A stretch of DNA of 64,000 bases from Botryllus schlosseri (lineage: Eukaryota): NCBI GenBank assembly GCA_051294905.1, contig CM119375.1, positions 19,468,001-19,532,000 of the forward strand. Reading direction: 5' to 3'. The notes under the pieces were generated by a model, which had not been told where the DNA came from, ran no database searches, and saw nothing but the letters and a program-made list of their open reading frames with translations. Shown here piece after piece: positions 38,714 through 48,854 of this stretch. The position numbers were made by a program, and so were the translations under genes. The stretch's first letter is position 1, and each line of letters begins with the position of its first letter.

Positions 38714-39991
38714 CAGCACCGTAACTGCCGCACCCCAAACCCCCCAATTGGGGGGGGGCCCGAGCTCGAAGGGGGCCCAAAATTATTTCGTGAATTAGCA
38801 TAAATCATAGAGTATTTTTTGAAAATTTATGCAATTTTTTCAGAAATTTTTCGCGCTGCGCGCGAATTTAAGTAGCTATGTGCCTGTATTATTGGGTATT
38901 GGGCCATTACCGCGCCACGACCCACCAAGACATACAAGCAAGTTTTAGGCCATATAACATGCGACTCCAGGAAGTGTGCCAGAACGATCGGCAGCGAGAA
39001 AACCTTGGCCGAAAGGGTCTATGCCCTTATGCTGACCAAAGACTTCGTTATATATACAAATAAATATAGGTTTAATTGTCCATAGGCGCCTAAGTGACTG
39101 GCGCCGAATGTTCCTGTCTTTGCAATCTGAACCTCACAAGACAAATACCATCCCGCTGGGAAAAATGTTATGCCAGTGAAGAAATACCAATTTGAAATCG
39201 TGTGCGTCTCTTAGTTTAGAAGCCTACGTTTGGGCGATTCTATATTTTTTGATATAGCAGACTGGAAGTCACGAAATAACATCATGTAACGAAGTCATAT
39301 CAACGGGTCCGCCCGCCCGAAGATGTTTGATTATTAGTTACGGGGCCTCCCGTTTTCAAGACACTTCACTCAGCTCTACCGGTAAATCTAATTACGTGAG
39401 TAGAGAGGGCAATAAATTGATAGCATAATATATATGCAATCGCCGATCTGATTGACCGATTTTATCATAAATTATCGAAAATTTTCGCGCTTCGCGCAGT
39501 ACAGATGATTTCGTGACAAACGCGAAAAACGTGATGGAGGGGTCGTTTCATCACCCTATGGGACCCAAGACCCACGTTTTTGGGGGCCTGACGAGGTGCT
39601 GTTTCGTCCCTACCAACGGGTATACGCCCGAAGATGTTTAATTTTTATTGAGTGTTCCTACCTTTTCAAACACACCTCACTCAGCTCTACCGGCAAATCC
39701 GATTACGTGAGCAGAGAGAAGATAAAAATTGATAACAATATATATGCAATTCCCGATCATACTGACCGATTTAGTCAGGAATTCTAGAAATTTCCCGCGC
39801 TTCGCGCGCTCAGGCGACAAAAGCTGCTTCACTACACAAACTCCCGACGCACATCATAAATAGCGGTAAACAGGGTATCGCTGGAGGGGGGTCTGGGGGG
39901 CGAAGCCCCCCAGACGTTCGGTCTATAACCCTATGGGGGGCCCACGACCAAAGTTTTGGGGGGGGCCTGGCGAAGTGCTGTTACGGCCCTG
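38714..39991. mobile_element. 1.28-kb non-autonomous hAT element upstream of peptide gene A
   Basis: TIR CAGCACCGTAAC/GTTACGGCCCTG with perfect TSD TGTATATA. The empty site is visible in unit B (about 47395-47410). Confidence 0.92.
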
Positions 39992-40452
39992 TGTATATAT
40001 TACATAACCTGAATCGTCTTGAGTCTCACATTCATTGCTCTTGCTAGCGAAGTTCAGATCAATTTCATGTGATTTTGCTGTAATCTAAGACGTTTTAATG
40101 TCGAAAATGATGATACTTCTGTAATGCTTTTTTTTACTTTCCTAATCTAAAAAGTCCACACCATCGAAACTTTAAATCAGGGTACCGATGGGGCAGCCAT
40201 ATTTTGTTGATGCTTGTGAGTGGTAACCAAAGTTACAATTCTTATTTACTAGGAAAATATTCAGCTTGGGGTCACAATAAAATTGCCACCAAAATGCATT
40301 AGCATCGGTAAGTTTCGGTGGTGAAACGGGGATTTTATCATATGCTATGATTCTGCCAATATCTATTCTGGACGAACAGGCTGTAAAGTCATTACCGAAA
40401 TATGATTCATAAAAAGTCTTCCGACGAAACTCGAAATCTGGGGACAGACGGC

Positions 40453-40512
40453 TATAAATGAGTAGAAGTTCTCACACTCTTGCACGCATTCTGATTGATA
40501 CTGAACGTGAAG
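40453..40512 (+). promoter_or_regulatory. TATA box and non-coding exon 1 of oligo-arginine peptide gene A
   Basis: TATAAA at 40453-40458 and strong donor AG|GTAAGT at 40512/40513. Both are conserved in copy B (47860 and 47919). Confidence 0.75.
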
Positions 40513-40903
40513 GTAAGTCAAGGTAATCGGAATTTTATATATTGTAAATTCCACTGGTATTTAACGGAGGCTCCTTAAATTCCCGTTGACAGTGGGTTGC
40601 CATTTAGGTGCTATCTCGGTCCGACGTCTTTAAGAATTCAATGCTGGCACCAAGTTCCCTTGAATTGAAACGGTTTGAAGACTTTTCATCATGCCGAACT
40701 TCCAGTAGGATTCTGATGCCATAGTTTATACCGATGTTATGTAGCTTATAGGAGTTACGAATACGAAATATGGAAATGGCTTTATAGGTTTTTCGAAAGC
40801 CATCGCCAAGGTGTATGTGTTTCTAGTGGCTTAGCTGGTAAAAACGCTTAATATGCATGCTTAAAGCCTAAACGCCCAGACCATTGCAGCTACTTGATTG
40901 CAG

Positions 40904-41015
40904 ATGAACTCGAAGCTGCTCGTTGCTGTCTTCCTTGTAGTTGCTCTTCTTGTTGTCGAGAACGAAGCTATTTTGGGCCGCCGGCGCCGCCGTCGCAGAC
41001 GCCGTCGACGCGGGG
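40904..41015 (+). CDS. Oligo-arginine peptide precursor A, exon 2: signal peptide + ILG-R11-G
   Basis: Acceptor ttgattgcag|ATG. Encodes MNSKLLVAVFLVVALLVVENEA ILG RRRRRRRRRRR G. Phase-1 donor G|GTGAGC. Confidence 0.9.
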
Positions 41016-41081
41016 GTGAGCGTGTCTTTTCGAAATATCGAGCAGTTTGCCCTTCATTACAAAGGTATATGCTCTTTTAAG

Positions 41082-41170
41082 ATAACGAGATGGATATGAA
41101 CCGTGAGGAGTTGATGGACGGTGACTTCGATGAGAACGAGGTACATATGGCGGATCAGCACCAACAGTAA
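41082..41170 (+). CDS. Oligo-arginine peptide precursor A, exon 3: acidic C-terminal piece
   Basis: 66-nt intron, acceptor ttttaag|AT. Encodes DNEMDMNREELMDGDFDENEVHMADQHQQ-stop. Precursor 66 aa. The exon continues to the donor at 41184. Confidence 0.88.
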
Positions 41171-41266
41171 TGAAACTCATGCTGGTAATTTGTAATAGAC
41201 TCTTTCTCTGCACGTACTGCATTCAGCCACATTATTATCGCTGATTGTATCGCAGATTTATCGAAA

Positions 41267-41590
41267 AGGAAAGGACGTAGTTTATTTTTGTCCTTTGATG
41301 TTTTTTGCGGCATATACACCTACTCATGATACACATACATACGATCTGTGCATATGCATACCATGAGTGCATGATGTGCATATGTCGCCAGACAAGGAAG
41401 TGCAGATATAGCCTTTACGGCTTTCTAAGTCATGCACCACCCCTCCATGCTATCCCAGTAATGCATGAACGCCAACCAGGGAAGTCATGTATACCAGTGT
41501 TACTAATGAGGTTTTGGTATGACCCGGCCGGGGATCGAACCCACGACCTACCGATCAAGAAGCCGGACGCTTCACCATCACGCTATCTTG
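41267..41590 (-). mobile_element. SINE family 2 in intron 3 of peptide gene A
   Basis: tRNA-Lys-like head (GATAGCGTGATGG...CTTCTTGA...GGTCGTGGGTTCGATCCCC), flanked by TCGAAA direct repeats. Absent at the orthologous position of copy B. Confidence 0.85.
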
Positions 41591-41846
41591 TCGAAATCTA
41601 AAGTAATGCGGCATCCAAACCATACGCTGCTGTACGTAGAATCATTTCGTTGTAAAAAGGATTTCTTAGGTCATGTCGCCGTTTACATGTGGTCAGGGTA
41701 CCAATTTATCCTCGATTTCAAATAAAGATAAGGATGATGAAGATTTATATCGTGAATATCTAACATCTTAATCCTATCACCTTTCAGTATTTTCGCTATA
41801 CCTTTATCGTATCTAAAAGGAAATTTGAAGTGACTTTATTTTACAG

Positions 41847-41917
41847 CCGAATGACCAGCCGGAACTGGAAAAGATATCGTTTCCTTCAGTTGAATTGGAA
41901 ATATAATCCTGAATAAA
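41847..41917 (+). other. 3'-UTR exon 4 with polyA signal, peptide gene A
   Basis: Acceptor ttattttacag|CCGAAT and AATAAA at 41912-41917. Paralogous exon at 48788-48854. Confidence 0.7.
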
Positions 41918-42611
41918 TTCACTCATGTATCGGGTTATAATTGTATGTACCACCGGGTAGAAAATATCTACATTTTAGGTTATTTCTTTAGGTTATTTTG
42001 GCTATCTCCAATGCCATTAAACATATAGACTCCTCTACATTATGATCCATTTCCCAATTACAAATTTAATTCACGAACATAGCGTATTAGCCATCCACAT
42101 TACCGATTGTTAGGTAGCTTGATGGCTTTGCTATTAAAATGTAGGCCTCCAGCACAATAACGTAATGTTGCCGCTGAGGAGTTTAAGAATTGGGCTGTAG
42201 AGTCAACTTTATGATATCAATTGTGATGATGAGTTTATGATATCAGCTAGAGTTTGTATGCTCAAATTGTCCGGCAACCAGCTAGATTATTGCTGGCGCG
42301 ATAGCATCACATCACAACACAAATTCCAAATAGTGCACCTCGATTTCACGCCACTATATGGCGACACGAATCTTTAATTGTGACGGAAGAGTTGATTGAT
42401 ATCTTTAAGACTTACAATTGAAAATGTGCGGTCAATATGGCTCTTTTGGAGAAAAAGGTTCCCGACCTCTGGTATAGATGTATGCATGGATATGTAACCA
42501 CGGTGTTTGTGGATGTACGAGGTGCTTTCAATCTGAAATCGTCAACATGATATCCGTAGATTTTCATTGTTATGCAATAATATGTTATCTAACCAAACCA
42601 CAACTTATAAG

Positions 42612-43003
42612 TAGGGCTGGGAACAATGATTCGAGTACTCGAATCTGAATCGAGTATAAATTCTAATGATTCGAATCGAGTAGTAAAAGACTAATTTTTC
42701 CAGTACTGAAAATATACGCTCCTCGCAACTAAAAGTCAATTTACTAACGATAATTATAATGTTGATACTATTTTCCACTGAGGAAGCCTTGAAGCCTTGA
42801 TTGGCCGTGTCGCACCATACCAGATATAGTTTAAAGCTACGACATAAAAGCAGCCAAGGCATAAAAGGTACATATTTGAACTTCGACATAGTACGTTCTG
42901 TTGTGACGTCATAATGAGTGATACTCGATTACTCGACTCGACTCGAAGCATATTACGTGATTCAGAATCGAATCACTCAGGTACTCGATTTTGCCCAGCC
43001 CTA
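42612..43003. mobile_element. hAT-type MITE (family C)
   Basis: TIR TAGGGCTGGG/CCCAGCCCTA, perfect TSD CTTATAAG, inverted copy of 5703-6157. Confidence 0.92.
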
Positions 43004-43031
43004 CTTATAAGTCACCAAACTGAAATATTAG

Positions 43032-44133
43032 CAGATTTCTACAAACTATTGGATTTTCAAAAAGCACAACTGGAACTAGAACTAGAATTACCCAATTTTC
43101 ACAATCCTCAACTATAGAACTAGAACTAGTCACTTGTCAAAATCCGCAACTAGAACTAGAACTTTTCACTTTTCACTTTTCATAACCCGCTACTAACTAA
43201 AATACAACTATTAACTAGATAAGTGTTTCTTGACCGGCGTTTCCAGGCGCGCAATGTAAGTAATGTATTAAATGTGTAGTTATCGTATAATGTGGTAGAC
43301 TTTTGTTTTTTGACTAACTAAAAATTAGGCGTTCCCCGAAAGATTGTAGATTAGCGTAAGGCGGATCTTGGCATTTTAAGGCCGATAGGCCAAATACGGA
43401 TCGCAAAATTTTGAATTATTCATTTGAATGTGTACTAAAAACATGGGCTGTGTATAAATTGAACCTGAATTGCGTTTACTTTGAAGGCTGTTTATTGTTT
43501 ATTTGTTCACCGTAGCTAAGTAGCCTACGATCGTCGTATGAGTAATGTATATTTTTAAATTAAAGCCGATATAACATGTGTTCATTGAAATAGGGATTAT
43601 GACATAAGCACGCAGTCACTCGGCTTCCAATTCGGAAAACCTCACGCCACACATATATTTTATCGGAAATATCAGACATTGCATAGACATTTCAAAAGAA
43701 CGTAGTATCTAGTTAGGACAGATTCCGACCCCATAAACCCACCTGCTGGCTATGCCACTGTTAGCAGTGATGCAAGCAATGGCTACACAAACATCATTCA
43801 ACAGAACACCAACTCAATTCACGCGACACGTGTTTTATGGTTGTTCGGCAACTAATTTTTTTTCTTCAAATGTGCAACTACAACTAGAACTACTGAATTT
43901 TCAAAATCTACAACTAGAACTAGACCTAGAATTAATCACTTTTCGATAACCGCAACTATAACTAGGATCAGAACTACAACTATACTCAATTTTCAAACTC
44001 TGCAACTAGAACTATAGGACTACCGAATTTTCAAAATCGGCAACTAAAATTAGAACTAGAACTAGAACCATTCAAAAAAACGTTAGTTAGTTGACCGTAT
44101 CACCTAACTAAATTGGTAGTTTGTACAAGTCTG
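43032..44133. mobile_element. hAT-type non-autonomous element (ACTAGA repeats)
   Basis: TIR CAGATTTCTACAAACTA/TAGTTTGTACAAGTCTG, perfect TSD AATATTAG, ACTAGAACTAGA arrays. Confidence 0.88.
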
Positions 44134-44365
44134 AATATTAGCCATCGAGGTATAGTTAGCGCAAGTCCTGAATACACATTCACACGCATTTACAACGAGG
44201 ATGGTGAAAGTTATGGATCAAGGGTGTCCAACGCAACTTGGGCCACACAGAGGCCAGATTCATAACTTTTGATGGCATGCGGGTCGGATGATGCCAAAAT
44301 GTTAGTTTCAAAATTCATACTTTTGATTTTTGCTGGAATGCTTCAATTATCAGCCCTATAATATT

Positions 44366-45870
44366 TAGGGATGGTGCGAACGTGGGGATCACGTTCACGT
44401 CCGGTGTGAGAACCTCATAAATCTACTGGTTCTCGTTCACAAACGAGCCTTTTTACGTTATACACTGTGAACCTTTATCATTGTAACATATTTGTCGAAA
44501 TTCTATCAAATTCAACTTCGGGCCACTCTCTGCATGACTCTAGCTGCATGAGAAGAAACTCAGCAGTAATTGAGCATGCACTCTGCCAATTTCAAAAATT
44601 TTAGTCGCTTTGTTAGAATTGTTTGTAAGAAATATTCAGCTTTCCGGTTTTGAATATGTGGTGACTCTCTGCTGTGGCCCACAGTCACACAACTTCGAAA
44701 ACGAAGTAGACTACAAGTAACCAGTCGTCGAATTGTGCTACGCAACCAATCAATTATCAAGCGCATTTACATGGTGACTGGTGAGTTGGAGTGCGCCGCG
44801 AAGCTAAGTCGTCTTGGAGTGACGTCATGAGTCGAATTGCCGAAGTGCTGAAGATACGATCGAGTTTACATATGGGCATATGTTTGTCGCAGCTCCAGTG
44901 ATACAGCACTTTGATTTAGAGCGCGGGAATATGCTACGTCATCTGCAATAACCAGAATTACTTTTACGCAATTCTAGATTGCTCAAGCATACCTTGCATT
45001 ACATATTCCTCCTGATACTGTATTAAAATCTGGTCAGGGCAATGGAACAACTTCGAAAAAGTCGCAAAAGCCGACAGTTCCGAACAATCGGAACACTGCA
45101 ACACAATGACCATAACAATGCCCTATTCCATCGAGCGATCGCTCGGAACAATGCAGATTTTCTGACGTTTACGGCTATTTCGGGGTGTTTCCATTGCCTT
45201 GATTAGATTCTAATTTGTATTTTCGTAATCAATGCGACATTAGCTTTCGATTAGGACAAGTTATGTCACATTTAGGCGCTTGTATCGCCTGTCATGGGAC
45301 TACCAATTATGCTGGTTTTAGCCGGCTCAGCAGTAGATGGCTCAGCAGTAGATCTCTCTGGAAATTCAAATGTGACGAGTGATTTGCGCATCTATCTATT
45401 CGTAGGTTAATAATCTATAGCCCGATACGGTTGGAAGCAGTTTGCCTTTTTCTCTTTTTCAAAACAAGAGGATAGGATCGACGAAGCTGACCCAAACGGC
45501 CATACGACATCAACGAAATTAATTGATTTAGTGAATAAATCGTTGTCTAATATCAAACGTCCAAAAGACATGCAAGATTAATCTTGATTTGATATGTTTA
45601 TTATGTGATAAAATCCAAGTCGGAGTGTTGGCTACTGTATACCTGTTTTTGAGGTAGGCCCTATTATCTGTAGCAAGTATAGAAACAGTTTTTTTCGCTC
45701 TGATCAATATAAATGCAGCTAACGCCATAGGAATACCTTGTCCAGTACAACCTAGACCGCTTGTTTAGGCTTAGACTTATCTTTCCTGGCTAGTCCTCGT
45801 CAAGATTGTTGGCAAAGCGACGAAAGATATATATTTTACGAATTTATGGAAGCATTTGTTTGTTTTAGTT
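44366..45870. mobile_element. hAT family B derivative (left end and interior)
   Basis: Starts TAGGGATGGTGCGAACG. 45120-45870 matches 35046-35800. Confidence 0.6.
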
Positions 45871-46407
45871 CAGGGATGGGCAACCTTTTTGTAGTCCACG
45901 GCCACATTTCCACTTCGACAGCATACGGCCGCCAGCCTGAGGTGGGCAGACTAAAAAAGGTCATTTTCCGTTCGAATCCCGAAATACCCGGATTAAATGC
46001 CCTTTTCTCCTTTGTTACTGTTCTTTTTCGTTTAAGGAACATAATGCAATGTAGAATAACTTTATAATGTAATTGGGCCGAGGAAAAAGTAGAGGAAGTA
46101 GAGGAAAACTACTTGAGTACTTCGAAAAAGTGGAAGTACTTCGTTACTGACCACATCTGATTACCGCCAGTCACATATTACAATAATTGGAATGAGAGAG
46201 AGAGAGAGATATGGTATTCTTTTTAGCCTGCATCATCGAGATGCTTTGATGACGGAGTAGCGATACGGCCCCATGAGGTCATCTAGTCTGCGCCCCCGTT
46301 TTTTTCTCCTCCATGCTATCCGATGTATAATCCGATATTATACTGTACGTTCTCGAATGGCTTCATCCTCTTCCAAACTTTTAAGTAATTGAACCACAGT
46401 AGTTCAA

Positions 46408-46810
46408 TCATTGTGCTGGAAGCCTTATAAGCAAATCTGAATTTGATGAACCCGGACGGGGGTCGTGCACTTCCGGACAAAAAAGATATTTTCCCGGAAG
46501 GCTATAGTGAGTTTGGTCCGTGACAGCACGAGCTCCGGCAGCGAGCTGGATCATTTGCCTTTTCGCTGTCTTCAGGTAGTAAACCGCTGCACGAGTATAT
46601 CGAATGAATAAGACTCCACGTTTTCGAGCCAGGAATGGTTCTGCAGACTTTTGATAGTTTCGAATTCCTGGTGCTCGTAGCAGAACTTCCCCCAGTCCCC
46701 TAGTTTCGGTTACTGATTGAGTCTCATCACGATGGCCCGTTGATGTCGAAAAGCTATGAAGTCTTAATTGCGAACGGATCTCTCCATCTTCATGTCTTCC
46801 GCTTTTGAAG
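46408..46810 (-). other. Open, highly diverged histone-H3-like reading frame (3' part of the 218-codon ORF 46408-47064)
   Basis: IRNYQKSAE vs H3 IRRYQKSTE; LARK vs LIRK; FIRYTRAAVYYLKTAKR vs FQRLVREIAQDFKTDLR (ungapped, 6/17); H..R......D spacing near the C-terminus matches H3 HAKRVTIMPKD. By-eye alignment only. Confidence 0.45.
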
Positions 46811-47859
46811 TCTTGAAAGAAACCAAGCGAAAGTGGTCCGGCGACTGGAGGAAGCTCTACGACGAGCACCAGTAAATCGAAACTGTTAAATGTCTGACGA
46901 ACTGTACGATGAATGTCCGACTTGAAAACGTGGGAGTCGTAGCCTGTTCCTTTTTTTAAACGTGAGCACATTTCATGCCTAAATTTTCTATTTTCACCTG
47001 AAGTAGTTTTGCACATACATAAAAATTGAATACGCTGAATTTGACTACGTGTGATACGGATCATAAAAATAGACTTTGTATTGTGACATACGGTTACCCG
47101 TCATTGCAGCCACACCTGGTTGATTTTGATCAGAAGTTCGTTGACCCAAGAGAATGCAAGAGCGAATTCAGGCATTCAAACTGTTCTTGTAGCCAACATT
47201 ATGCATGTCAGATAGCCTGACACCAACTTTTATAAAAATCAGTTGCGATTGCGGTATTGTCGCCTCATGCATACGCCCGATTAAAAATATATTCAATATT
47301 GTATAAACCTACATGTATGCCGTTACGATTTGTGACGTCGCACTCCTAAACTCAACTGGTGACTGTGCCTTTCACATTTCCCCTGGCTATAGTTCCATAT
47401 GTGTATATTACACAACCTGAATCGTCTTGCGTCTCTCATTCATTGCTCTTGCTGGCGAAGTCCAGATCAATTTCTGGTGATTTTGCTGTAAACTAATACG
47501 TTTTAACGTAGAAAATGATGATACTTCCGTATTGATTTTTTTTCTTTCCTAATCTAAAAAGTTCACAACATCGTAACTTTAAATCAGGGTTCCGCTTGGG
47601 CAGTCATATTTTGTGGATGGTTGTGAGTGGTAATCAAAGTTAGAATTCCTATTTACTAGGAATATATCCAACTTGCAGCCACAATAAAATTGTCACCAAA
47701 ATGCATTAGTATCGGTAATTATCGGCGGTGAAACAGGGATTTTATCATAAGCCATGATTCTGCGAATATCTATTCTGGACGAACAGGCTGTAAAGTCATT
47801 ACCGAAATATGATTCATAAAAAGTCTTCCGACGAAACTCGAAATCTCGGGACCGACGGC

Positions 47860-47919
47860 TATAAATGAGTGAAAGTTTTGGCACTCTTGCACGCATTCTG
47901 ATTGATACTAAACGTGAAG
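47860..47919 (+). promoter_or_regulatory. TATA box and non-coding exon 1 of oligo-arginine peptide gene B
   Basis: TATAAA at 47860-47865 and donor AG|GTAAGT at 47919/47920. Confidence 0.75.
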
Positions 47920-48186
47920 GTAAGTCAAGCTAATCAGAATTATATTACAAATTCTACTGGTATTTATGTTCCTGTATAGTAGGATTCTGATGTCATAGTT
48001 CATAATGACGCTATGTAGCTTATAGAGCTTACGAATAGGAATTATGAAAATGGCCTAACTGGTTTTTCAAAATCCATCGACAAGGTGTGGGCTATGCATG
48101 TGTTTCTAGTGGCTAATCCAGCGAAAACGCTTCATATACCTACTGAAACCCTAAACGCCCAAACTACTGCAGCTCTTTGATCGCAG

Positions 48187-48301
48187 ATGAACTCGAAGCT
48201 GCTCGTTGCTGTCTTTCTTGTAGTTGCTCTGCTTGTTGTCGAGAATGAAGCTATTTTTGGCCGCCGACGCCGCCGCCGTCGCAGACGCCGTCGACGTGGA
48301 G
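48187..48301 (+). CDS. Oligo-arginine peptide precursor B, exon 2: signal peptide + IFG-R12-G
   Basis: Acceptor ttgatcgcag|ATG. Encodes MNSKLLVAVFLVVALLVVENEA IFG R12 G. Donor G|GTGAGC. Confidence 0.9.
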
Positions 48302-48371
48302 GTGAGCGTTCATCTTCGAAATAGCTACCATGCAGTATATCTTTCATTACAAAAGTATATGTCATGTTAAG

Positions 48372-48463
48372 ATAACGAAATGAATATGCATCACGAGGAG
48401 TTGATGGATGGTGACGTCGATGAGAACGAGGCAATGATGGAGGATCAGCACAATCAGCAGTAA
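48372..48463 (+). CDS. Oligo-arginine peptide precursor B, exon 3: acidic C-terminal piece
   Basis: 70-nt intron. Encodes DNEMNMHHEELMDGDVDENEAMMEDQHNQQ-stop. Precursor 68 aa. Donor at 48474. Confidence 0.88.
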
Positions 48464-48787
48464 AACTCATGCCGGTAATTTATAATTATCTCTTGCTCTG
48501 CACCCTGCACGTACTGCATTCTGACACATTATTATCTGTTTTCACTGAAATGAAATCACTGATTGTATCGCAGATTTATCCAAATCTATAACTATGCGTT
48601 CGTCCCCTTTTACATCTGGTCATGGACCAATTTATCCTACATTTCCAATTAGTATGAGGATGATGCAGTTTTATATTTTGGACATCTAAATAATAATATA
48701 TCTTAACACCGTCATCCTATCACCTCTTAATATTTTCGCTACCTTTATCTTAACTAAAAGGAAACTTAAATGGTTTTCATTTTTCAG

Positions 48788-48854
48788 CCGAATAAAGATC
48801 CGGAATTGGAAAGATGTTTACTTCAGTTGAATTGTAGCTATAATCCGGAATAAA
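48788..48854 (+). other. 3'-UTR exon 4 with polyA signals, peptide gene B
   Basis: Acceptor tttttcag|CCGAAT, AATAAA at 48791-48796 and 48849-48854. Confidence 0.7.

Larger units (their letters stand above)
37730..42050 (+). repeat. Segmental duplication unit A (paralogue of about 46470-49085)
   Basis: Colinear blocks from AGCGAGCTGGATCATTTGCC (37861/46541) through both peptide genes to CTCCTCTA.ATTATGATCC. Unit A is longer because of a hAT and a SINE insertion. Boundaries are approximate. Confidence 0.85.

Noticed and set aside
40898-41080. Unspliced ORF ending GGERVFSKY...MLF
   Set aside because: Reads through a 66-nt intron. The spliced acidic exon is conserved in copy B whereas the read-through tail is not (B stops after GGERSSSK).
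41520-41590. tRNA-Lys-like sequence as a tRNA gene (also about 8865-8920 and the SINE1 heads)
   Set aside because: Acceptor stem not formed, and each continues into a shared SINE body and simple-repeat tail.
48132-48470. Minus-strand Arg-rich ORF (PPRRRRLRRRRRRRPK)
   Set aside because: Antisense shadow of the CGN codon run. The plus strand has the signal peptide, splice sites, TATA and polyA signal.
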